A stretch of DNA of 43,501 bases from Seison nebaliae (Eukaryota), in NCBI GenBank assembly GCA_023231475.1, contig JALJEE010003029.1, positions 1-43,501 on the forward strand, read 5' to 3'. The translations under genes were made by a program, and so were the position numbers. Each line of letters begins with the position of its first letter. Position 1 is the stretch's first letter. Positions 1-10,600 of the stretch are shown here, piece by piece. The notes under the pieces were generated by a model. It did no database searches and was not told the origin of the DNA. It saw only the letters and a list, made by a program, of their open reading frames with translations.

Positions 1-1675
1 TTGGTGCGGATTTGATATCATTCTATGAAAAACGTTCAATTCTGATGTTATACTGATATTATCGTCGATGAATATGTTGAGTGAAGAATATCTGATATGT
101 CAACTAACCTTACTACATTTAGCGTTTGAATAACATATGAAAATCGCCATTTAATAATCAACTGAACGGTTGAAAGTGCAGAAAATTAATGGAACTATCA
201 TTTTCACAAACAACAACTACACACACTTACACGGAATACCATGTCAAAGGTACAATGAGATTGTATGCATAAAATTTTAAAAGTCCTCTTAACGATACCA
301 AACATACTAGAGAAATTTGATATAAAGCATCAATCCTGATCAGAATTGAACGGTTTTTCACAGAATGATATCAAATCCGCACCAATTATCATGTTATATA
401 GATATTATCGTAGATGAATATGTTGAGTGAAGAATATCTGATATGTCAACTAACTTTACCACATTTAGCACTTGAATAACATATGAAAATCGCCATTTAA
501 TAATCAACTGAACGGTTGAAAGTGCAGAAAATTAATGGAACTATCGTTCTCACAAACAACAACTCCATGCACTTAAACAGAATACCATGTGTAAGTTACA
601 ATGAGATTGTATGCATAAAATTTTACACATACAATCTTATTGTTCCTTTGACATGGTATTCCGTTTAGGTACGTTGAGTTGTTGTTTGTGAGAATGATAG
701 TTCCATTAATTTTCTGTACTTTCAACTGTTCAGTTGAGTTCTCTATGGCGATTTTCATATGTTATTCAAGCGCTAAATGTAGTAAGGTTAGTTGACATAT
801 CAGATATTCTTCACTCAACATATTCAGCGACGATAATATCAGTATAACATCAGAATTGGTGCGGATTTGATATCATTCTATGAAAAACGTTCAATTCTGA
901 TGAGGATTGATGCTTTATATCAAATTTCTCTGGTATGTTATGCATCGTTAAGAGGACTTTTACAATTTTATGCATACAATCTCATTGTAATTTACACATG
1001 GTATTCCGTTTAAGTGTATGTAGTTGTTGTTTATGAGAATGTTAGTTCCATTAATTTTCTGCACTTTCAACCGTTCAGTTGATTTCTCTATGACGATTTT
1101 CATATGTTATTCAAGTGCTAAATGTAGTAAGGTTAGTTGACATATCAGATATTCTTCATTCAACATATTCATCGACGATAATATCAATATAACATGAGAA
1201 TTCCTGCGGAATAATATCATTTTATGAAAGCCCGTGCAATTCTGATGAGGATTGATGCTTTATATCAAATTTCTCTGGTATGTTATGTGTCGTTAAGAAC
1301 ATTTAAAAAATTTTACGCGTACAATCTTATTGTACCTTTGACATGATATTCCGTTTAAGTGTATGGAGTTGTTGTTTATGAGAATGATAGTTCCATTAAT
1401 TTTCTGCACTTTCAACCGTTCAGTTGATTTCACTATGACGATTTTCATTTGTTATTCAAGCGCTAAATATAGTAAGGTTAGTTGACATATCAGATATTCT
1501 TCACTCATCATATTCATCGACGATAATATCAATATAACATCATAATTTCTGCGGAATGATATCATTCTATGAAGGACCTTTCAATTCTGATGAGGAGTCA
1601 TGCTTTATATCCAATTTCTCTATTATGTTATGCATACAATCTCATTGTAACTTACACATGGTATTCCGTTTAAGT
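1..1675. repeat. Tandem repeat (satellite-like) array, ~345-bp monomer, with an orientation switch at 620/621
   Basis: The motif GTTATA..GATATTATCGT.GATGAATATGTTGAGTGAAGAATATCTGATATGTCAACTAAC starts at 47 and 392. Its reverse complement ends at ~848, ~1193 and ~1538, giving a ~345-bp period. The last monomer is internally deleted at ~1630, and the array runs off the left edge of the window. Confidence 0.95.
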
Positions 1676-2661
1676 GGTATTATATTTAGTGAAAAAGCAG
1701 ATAGATCAATCTTATCGTTCAAAATTTCAATTCTATCTTAAATAGAGCCCTCAAAAACGTAGAAAAATCACTTTTTCCATATATGATGAACCATTTAAAA
1801 TGGTTAACTATCTAATTGGAAGATTGCGATATTGGGATTTACTGAAAAAGCAGATAGATCAAACATGAAATACTTTCAATTTTTTCGGAAAAAACTTACA
1901 AGTTAGTTATGTTTTTGTTTTTTTTCGTCCTACATTTTTCTGCCAAATAATTTTTCCCTTTTTCTCTTTATTATATATGTCCGTTTTTCAAAAAAATAAG
2001 GAAAATGTACTTAAGAGATTATATCCAAGTTTTCAAAATTAACCGATTTCCTTAATTTTTGTTTAAAATCCATGAGAAGGATGTAGAAGGTTATAAAAAA
2101 ATTTCATGTATTTGGGTACAAACTTATGTTGTTATGAAAAATTGATTTCTTTAACCATAAAACTCTAAATTCGAAATGAAAAATAAAAATAACTAGGTTG
2201 TAGAGCTTTTCGTGCTCTTTCTAAATATATTAAATTCAACGTCGTAACTTTAATATTACTGACGAGAAATGAAATTTTAAAAAAAAGTTGAAAGGATTCG
2301 ACCGCTTTTCGCTCCATCCGCATTGTGTCCTACAATCTCTGTTTTCCTTCCAAAATCAATTTAAGCTATTCCGCTATCACTTCGAAATCGTGCAGGCAAT
2401 CGTCCGTTATTTTCAGACAAAAAAAGAAATTTTTCTGTGGCGTTCAAACAGATTTTTACTCGAATTTGTTCGAATTTACAATTTACTGAGTATTTAGAAG
2501 TTCTTATTTTTTTGTTCAAATAAAGATAAGCTTAAATTTAAAATTTATTTTTGTAAGAAATTAGAGAAAAATAGTTAAAGATTTTTTTAAAAATTTTGGC
2601 GTAAATTATAAATGAATAACCGTTAAATTTTTTTTGATTAATAAACGACCATCAATTGGTG

Positions 2662-3459
2662 ATGAAGACGAATGACGAGTACATTATAGATAATCAGACG
2701 TTAAGAGGTTTAGTTTTGGGTCGTTTATCGCCTTTACGTCGTACATTGCGTCATGCATTATATATTCTGACAATATTGGCATTGTTATTAAATGTGATTT
2801 CATTCGTAACACCAAACTGGTATCAATCGTGGACGATCATCAACGATACGACATTCAAAAAGATTGGACTATGGGAAGTTTGTTTGCAAGGCTTCCGTCA
2901 TCCAGGTAAATATCATTGGGGTAAAGTGAATAGTGGATGTTGGTGGATATTCGCGCATGAATTCAAAAATATTCGTGAAAATAATATCATTAATCCACCA
3001 TGGTTTAAATGTGTACAAGTGATGTGCACGATTGCTTTCATTTCTATTCTCATCGCTTTCATTTTCACGATAATTTTGATTGTGAAGAATGATTTGAAAT
3101 TATCAGAAAAGAAACTAAGGAAAAGTCGCTATAATTATTCCATTACATTTCTATTACGAGCCTTATTCGTCACACATCTAATCTGTACAATTACCCTTTT
3201 TATTGCCATTCTCGTTTTTGGCATTCGCGCAAATGATTACGATTGGCTCAAAGTCTCTACATATTTCTATTATTCCTGGTCTTATGGTTGCGCTATCGTC
3301 TCAATGCTATTCTCATTATTTGCAACAATATTAGCATTTATTGAAGGTCAATCGTCGAATTTAATTCATATTCCGATGGATAATGAAACGATTGTCAAAA
3401 GTATTCCTTCTCATCAAGAATATTTTATTGATGATGCCTCCACATTCCGCAATGTTTGA
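2662..3459 (+). CDS. Claudin/PMP-22 superfamily tetraspan protein, invertebrate septate-junction claudin type; intronless
   Basis: ORF 2656..3459 with first ATG at 2662. It has four hydrophobic segments and the first-loop signature W(TPNWY)...GLWEVC...GCWWIF, followed by PPWFKCVQ, YYSWSYG before TM4, and a C-terminal -FRNV that may be a PDZ ligand. Confidence 0.85.
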   Translation: MKTNDEYIIDNQTLRGLVLGRLSPLRRTLRHALYILTILALLLNVISFVTPNWYQSWTIINDTTFKKIGLWEVCLQGFRHPGKYHWGKVNSGCWWIFAHEFKNIRENNIINPPWFKCVQVMCTIAFISILIAFIFTIILIVKNDLKLSEKKLRKSRYNYSITFLLRALFVTHLICTITLFIAILVFGIRANDYDWLKVSTYFYYSWSYGCAIVSMLFSLFATILAFIEGQSSNLIHIPMDNETIVKSIPSHQEYFIDDASTFRNV

Positions 3460-3580
3460 ATTCTCATTTCAACTACATTCAATTACTTCCTTTTTTATTA
3501 TTCTTTTTAAATATATTTCCATCTTATCGTTTTTTTTTTGTTTTTCAAATAAAAGTTCAATTGAAATGTGTTGAATGAAT

Positions 3581-6500
3581 TTAAAGTTTATTTAAACGAC
3601 AAGAATCCATTTGACGTTGTGACATAAAAAAACAAAATTTTTTTGATATTGGTCGATCCTTTTCAGCACAATATTTTCCACCTATACAATAAACACGACG
3701 ATATTTATATAATCGATTTAGTCGATTCTTGTGAATTTTGGATGGACATTCGGTACATTTCGTCCATCGACTTGTCACCCAAATGCCACAAGATATTTCT
3801 GGAAAGCATTGTCTTCTCCCAATGATACGATGTTCTTCAATTGGATATGTAGAAATTGAGAAATTATCAGGAATGAGTTGTATTTGATAAGAACATGGAT
3901 CCATCGATATATCGGAAGGACATTTATTTTTCCATTTATAAGAATTATTAAGTGGAAGATGTTTTGATGAGGATAAAGGACAGAGTGGTAAAATTTTTTC
4001 AATTGTTGAATTAATTTCTCTTTGACACGATTTTGTTCTCGATGGTCTTTTGTGGGAAATGATTGAACACGATTCATCAGGGAGTGATCGATGAATTATT
4101 TGAAATGATTCATTCCTTCTCATTGAAACCATTTCAGCACAAACAACTAATCGTCTTTGAAATCCTTTCAATCTAATAATCATTTCTTCTTTCATTAATT
4201 CCATACATGAATATGAACAATTGGGCGACCAACTGCCTATCCACCATCTGAAAAAAATAATTTTGAAGAAAGAGAAATTAGAATATATGGAACGTGGGAG
4301 GACATTCTCTTAATTGACAATTTCTTATAATTGATGATCCATTTTTTTTCTTTTCATCACATTTCTTATCATCAACATATTCATTCGTTTCCATATCGAA
4401 ACATGTCAATGGACGATATTGTGATCCAAGTCCACATGATGATGAACACTGAGTCCATTCGGGATGATTTTGCCAATTATAACGATTTTTCTTGTCAAAT
4501 GATGGAAGAGTTGTGGAATTGAAGGAAGATGGGAAAATTGAGATGGTTTTTGGGAAATGTTTGAAATATGTTATTTTCAAATTCTCTATTGGAGCTCCAA
4601 CGTCTCGTTTCAACATCTGATGTGAATGAAAGAGAAAATATTTAACTGATGTAAAATAACTAATAAAAATTTAACACAAAATAAATATGTTTGTTTCAGT
4701 TCACCGATAATTGTGATACTTTCTATAACATCATTCCGTTCATAATAAACGAAAACGTCGTCCAACTTAAATAGATGACTCCAATTAATCACGTAATTTC
4801 CATTCAAATAATATTCGCCTAATAATTTTAAAAATTTTCTTTATTAATATATAAAATTAGATGAAATTATCAACTTTCCTTTTCATTTGAAATGGCGAAA
4901 TACGTATTCTCCGAATTTGGTTGCTCGATTACTTGAAGTGAGAATAATCCCTTTTCCATTTTGAATAGACATTCGTAATTTGATTTCATTCCATGTGAAC
5001 TTCTGAGAGAATTATTGAAAATATAATGAGATTTCTGACAAGAATCTCTCGAATCAACTTCTACACATTCGTTACATTCATTCAAAGTTTTATTCGAATT
5101 ACTTTGCCAGTCACATCCGATTGACTAGTTTATGTTTAATCGATTAAATTCGATTAGAAATAAATTGAAAAATAAAGACTTGACATTCTCCTTCCACACA
5201 TCTTCCAATGGCGTTGTTATATTTAGCCAATAAATATTCTTTTGGTAAATTGGAATTGGAGTGAAAATTACTGGTGGGATTTCGATAAAAACATGTACTA
5301 CCGTCATTCATAAAACCTATAGAATCCAATAACAAACGATATTCTTATGGATGAAAAGGACGGTGAATTATATGAGATATAAAGGAAGAACTTTTCGATT
5401 GACAAATTAATTGACAATTTCCTACAGCTGATTTCAATATTGGATGCCATTCATCAATAATTCCACTTATTTTCCTTCGATTGAGTTTGGAACATTGACT
5501 TTGTAAATAGTTCCAATTCGTATCGTTTCCATAACAACGACGAACGTTACAAAACGAGTAATCCGAGTTTTTTCCTTCACAATATTTTCCTGACAATCTC
5601 GGTTGAGGTTTGTTGCATAATCGATATCGTTTTTGTACACCTCCACCACAATCTCGTGAGCATTTTGACCATTCCGACCAATCTGACCATTGACCATCAA
5701 TTGGAAAGGATTGTTGTTGAAGTGAGCCAAATGGAATATTGATAATATCAGATGAATAAGTTTTAAGGAAAACTGGATTCTCCATAGGAACACATTCTCC
5801 ATCTAAACACCATTTATCTACATCACAAGATACTCCTATTGAGATGATATTACCTTTCGTATGACAACGACCATCGAATAATCGACAAGTGATTAATCCA
5901 CAATAATCTTTTGTATGACAAGCTATCGTTTCTGGACCATATTCCATTTGGCATAAATCGTCCATCGAATATTCTATACCATTCAACGATCTGAGAGGAT
6001 ATTCATATTTTATGATTGTGTAATCTCTATTCGGTTTATATTTTATACAAAATTTTTTGTTTTCAATGAATTTTCGAAGAGTTATTATACTGCAATTGCT
6101 CCATCGATTAGGAATCTCACCGGCCAGATGATTTGTCATACTCGTCTCCATAATATATTTGACTGGATGATGTAAAGTCCATTTGATCGATGGGCAACCA
6201 TTGGACGGAGTGTCATGATCCATACTGAATAAATGTCCCATTTCATGGGCAATTATGTATCCAGTGTAGAGACCAATATCTTCCACCACCATGCAAGATC
6301 GACCCTCATTACATAAACCGTTCACATTGGCAATTCCTAAAGTTTTGCATACGTTCGTCTCATTGTTACACAGATTATTCCTAAAAAAGGTTTTTTCATT
6401 ATTTTCATTTTCTTTATCCAAAAATTAATAGGAGAGTGATATGATCGTATCACCGCTGGTCAGAAGCTCCGCTTACATTTCCTTCGTCGGTCACTTAACA

Positions 6501-7296
6501 TTGTGCTTTGTACGATGTTTAATCGCAATTTAAACCAAACTTTAAAAACATTGCTCAAATCAAAAGTGAACTGAATTGTTCATTAAGCATCAAAATAAGC
6601 ATTCAGATAAAACCAACGGCAAAATTATTTAGCATTTTTAAAATGGAGCACCTATGATTTTGGAAGGTAAATATATAAGAATAATATAAAATATATTAAT
6701 ACTTTTTTACAGTTTTTATGACGAAAATGGCAATGTTAAGTGACTGGAAAAGAAAAAGTATATGGTGCTTCTGTTCGGCGATGCTGCGAACTGTACAACA
6801 ATAGGACAATTATTATATAATTCAATAAACAAATCATCGATTACGATTGCAATTACGAACAAACGATGAATGGAATAAATTGTTTCAAGAAAAATAATAA
6901 TGAGAACCTGGTTAATAATATTGCAACATCGTACTTATCTTTCTTATAAATATCCAATTTGCCTTGCCACGCACAAAATTCTTTCAAAATTAATGATGCC
7001 TGATAAGTTGATGAGAAGAGATTAGTTCGATTATAAGATGAATTATTCTTAATCTCTGAAGGAAGGATTATAATTTTTTCGATCGATATATCGATTGCCA
7101 TTGAACGAAGAGATGGTAGATGATATAAGGCGGATGTTATACTAAATATGGAATTGATATAATGGGCAATGTCTGGCGTATGGTAATGGAAGGAGGCGAA
7201 TGTTTCATCTCCGACGACCAAGAACCGGACAACATATTTGGATTGATTGATAGAAATCAATAGAAGAAGAATGAATAATAATTGAAGTTGTTTCAT
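3581..7296 (-). CDS. ADAMTS: ADAMTS-family secreted metalloprotease, 7 exons (introns 6381-6907, 5344-5391, 5125-5179, 4819-4874, 4617-4675, 4248-4293)
   Basis: The spliced product reads: signal peptide, reprolysin domain (YVVRFLVVGD...DVAILLTR|NNLC...TLGIA...HEMGHLFSMDHD...YIM Met-turn), disintegrin-like domain, TSR1 (WSDWSEWSKCSRDCGGG), Cys-rich region (DGSTC...CVEGEC|SIGCD), spacer (EYYLNGNY) and further TSRs (WTQCSSSCGLG; WWIGSWS; WVTSRWTKC). Confidence 0.93.
6451..6783. mobile_element. MITE-like non-autonomous element with degenerate ~53-bp terminal inverted repeats, inside ADAMTS intron 1
   Basis: The left end CACCGCTGGTCAGAAGCTCCGCTTACATTTCCTTCGTCGGTCACTTAACATTG aligns with the reverse complement of the right end, CATCGCCGAACAGAAGCACCATATACTTTTTCTTTTCCAGTCACTTAACATTG. 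There is no ORF and no clear target-site duplication. Confidence 0.75.
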
Positions 7297-7688
7297 TATG
7301 AGAATATTTTAAATTTTAATTATTTTTCATCGATGTCTGTCAGATGATGGAGAAAGAAATAGATCAAGAAATTTATTGGTGTTCGAAAGAAATTCCAAAT
7401 AGTTAATAAAGAAAAGAAGTAAACAAATTGAATGAAGAAAAAGATTGATTAGATTTGATGAACTTTGTACAAAAGAGAATATCATTGGAAAGAAGAAAAG
7501 AAAAAATAAAATAATCGCATTCTCGCTAAACACATGATTTAGGGAGACGGATGAAAGAAAAGAGAATTGTGATCGAATTTCAAAATATTTTTTGAAGTCA
7601 ATCTAAATTTGATTTATAGGAGAATTTAAAGTATGAAAATCGTGTGAGATTCTTGAATGATTATGGAAGTATAATCGATTCGTTCTCT

Positions 7689-10600
7689 TCAACAAATTTT
7701 ACATTGACAAAGTGTGGTAATACCGATACGTTTCCGATATAAACTTCCGGATCGACATGTAAATCTAATAAGAAGATGCCGTTGTTGTTGAATTGAACAA
7801 CATTGTTTGATTGTTATTTCATTCTCATTGAAACATACATATTCATTCGTTATCTTCTTGTCAAATGGTGATTGATTTCGACATTTGCTCAAACGCAATT
7901 TCCTTAATGATCGACATCCAGTATTCTCATCAATCAAATATTTCGTTCGATATTGTTGATTGCAGAACGGTAAATTTTTCGTAGAATTCATTCTTTTCCT
8001 TTTATCCAATAATCTTTTACTTTTACGAAATGGATTCCGATCATCAACATAAACGTCATTCATTAACAATTTATCGTTCATCTTTTTCGTCTTTTCACAA
8101 TATGCTCCATAATATGATGAATGACAAACGCACAAATTAACTCCATTGCTGACGTGACAGAATGTGGTGTGAGAAGCGATACATTTGCCTTCAATTCGCT
8201 TATGTGAAGCACAACGTTCATTCAATAAACGATTACGACGGAGAATATCATTCGGACGTCCGTCAGCCATTTCACCAAAACGACCATTATTTTTCCTTTT
8301 TTTCTCCAATTTTATATATCTTCCAATTTCTTTCCCATCACTCTCAATACATCGATCGATAATTCCTTTCTTTTCATTATAATATCCTTTCAAATTAATT
8401 CGTTTCCCATTCATTCTCATCTCACTAATACAACCGACGAAACCTGAACTACTTCGAATATTCTTCGAAACTTTTTTCTCATTCCAAAAAATATTTCCCA
8501 ATTTCATCGTAATTTTATCGGATAACTTATATTTCTTCTTCTCCTCGTCGAGCGATGGTGAGATGATAAGTTTTCGACTTTCTCTTCCATCAATTTCTAA
8601 CGACATATTCTTCGAATAAATTCTTATCAATAATCGATGCCAATTATTATTATTGATATGATCATAAGAAAATAATGTTATTGATCGATCATTCCCCAAC
8701 GAATGAGTGATACGCATTCGTCCATGAAATAATTCTCCAGTTAATTTCAACATTCCATTTGACCGCCAACCATCAAATGCTGATTGTCGAATTTGAAATA
8801 TGATTCCATCGGATAACTTTGATCGGATTCTCATATCAATCACTCTCGGCCATTCTTTAATCGACGCCTCTTCTCCATTTAATCGATTTGTTAATGAAAT
8901 CATTTTCAGTATATCACAATGATCTCCAGTCCATTTGTATGAACAAAGGCATCGATTATCCTTCATCAATTCTCCTTTGAAACATTTTACTTCATTTACA
9001 TTCTCCGAAATCGAACATGAAGAAGTATCTGAATAAAAACAAAATTTCTCATTATTAATTAACGTTACTAAAGAAAATCAGTTTTAACTTGAAAATTTTG
9101 ATTTGCATTCACAAAATTCCTTATCGATACAATCGTCCAAACAATCATTCGTCCTAATCGATACCATGTCTAAAGAGAAGTTAATCGATTAAAATATTTG
9201 AAATTAGAAAAACTTTTGCAATTATGCTCAATCGGTTTCATGAGATACATCGGTTTATTCACATTTCCACATTGAAGTTGTTGTTCAGTGAAAGATTTCT
9301 TCTTTAAATATCTTCCTAATAATTCCGTTTGACAACCACATTCCAAATCGTTATATCTCAAAGTTCTAAGAGAATGAAATGTTAAAATGATGAAATGAAT
9401 TAGAATTGAAGAGAATCGAATTATTCTAACAAATATGATAATTGTGGAAGATGTTGAAATAATTGGACATTGATCGATGACAATCGATTTCCGTTTAATG
9501 TCAACGTTCTTAATCTCTTTAATTTCTCGAACAGTTTCACGTGAAGACATTCCAACTGATTATCATTCAATAATAAAATCTCCAAATCTTCCAATTTTTC
9601 AAATGACCATTTCTCCAAATATTTCAATTTGTTATTGGATAAATCTCTGAAAAGGAATTGGAATTAATTTCTACTAATCAATCGATTCTCACTAACAGTT
9701 TCTTTAAATGTTGAATATGAAGGAAATCGGTTTGGGAGATTGTTCGTAATTGATTATAATCCATAAATAATTGCTCATATTCTGTCGTCCAATTCATAGA
9801 AATTGGATGAATTAGTTCGATCTTTGGAATTGTTCGATGATGATATCTCGTACATCTCATCACTTTTCCATAACACAAACAATGTGCAGGACATTGAATG
9901 TGAGACGTGGACATTAGTCGTATCTTGCCCACGGAGACATCTGTCATCATCTCACCGCAATTGAAATCGTTATCATGAAAACCCAAAAATTCCTTTTCTT
10001 TCCCACAATTAACAATTGACGTGAGTTGTTTATGTTTCTTGTACCATTTATTTAATAATTTCATTTGACATAAATTACAATTCAACCGATTATTTTGAAG
10101 ATTTCTTAAAAATTTTCTAAATTTGAAAGAGAAAACCTTTTTTAACAATGAACTAACATTTCTTGCAATGACGAAGCAAAACACTTTTCTGAGATTTCAC
10201 TGATTCGATTGTTCTTCAAATTTCTATAAAGAACTCATTGAAGAAATAATTCGAAAAAAAAAAGAAAGAACATCTTTTTCAACATTGCCCTTGTTCTAAT
10301 ATCGGGGCATTCCGTTAAATTATTATGAGATAAATTTCTAAAAAAAATATTGAGAAATAGAAATTCAAATTCAATTTAAACATTTCTTCATATTTATCTT
10401 CTCCTTCGATGAACTTGATCGAGGATAATGATTTATTCATACAGTTCATAATCCGATTTGAACATTGACATTCTGCAGGACATTCTGAGATTTTTCTTGC
10501 ACCACATTCATGCACTAGAGAAAAGGAGAAAATTAAATGAACAAATGGAATTGAAAGGAAAGAAGGAAACCGGAAGAAATGGAACATTTATCTTCATTCC

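Noticed and set aside
1..1675. CRISPR-like repeat array
   Set aside because: The monomers are ~345 bp with no unique spacers, and the context is eukaryotic.
573..1741. Short ORFs 573..758 and 1556..1741
   Set aside because: They lie within the satellite; the equivalent frames are interrupted in other monomers and show no protein motifs.
1680..2330. Possible non-autonomous DNA transposon remnant (direct repeat TGAAAAAGCAGATAGATCAA at ~1690 and ~1843; transposon-like motifs near 2200-2325)
   Set aside because: No second terminus or target-site duplication could be found, so it is too weak to call.
7327..7533. Hydrophobic ORF upstream of ADAMTS as a missing signal/prodomain exon
   Set aside because: It ends in a stop before the ADAMTS ATG, is a low-complexity Phe/Leu translation of T-rich DNA, and has no usable acceptor into the ADAMTS frame.
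10515..10585. Alternative slit donor at 10585 (71-nt intron)
   Set aside because: It would delete the fourth Cys of the D2 C-cap; the donor at 10570 keeps it. Both donors are GTT, so the main finding is unaffected.
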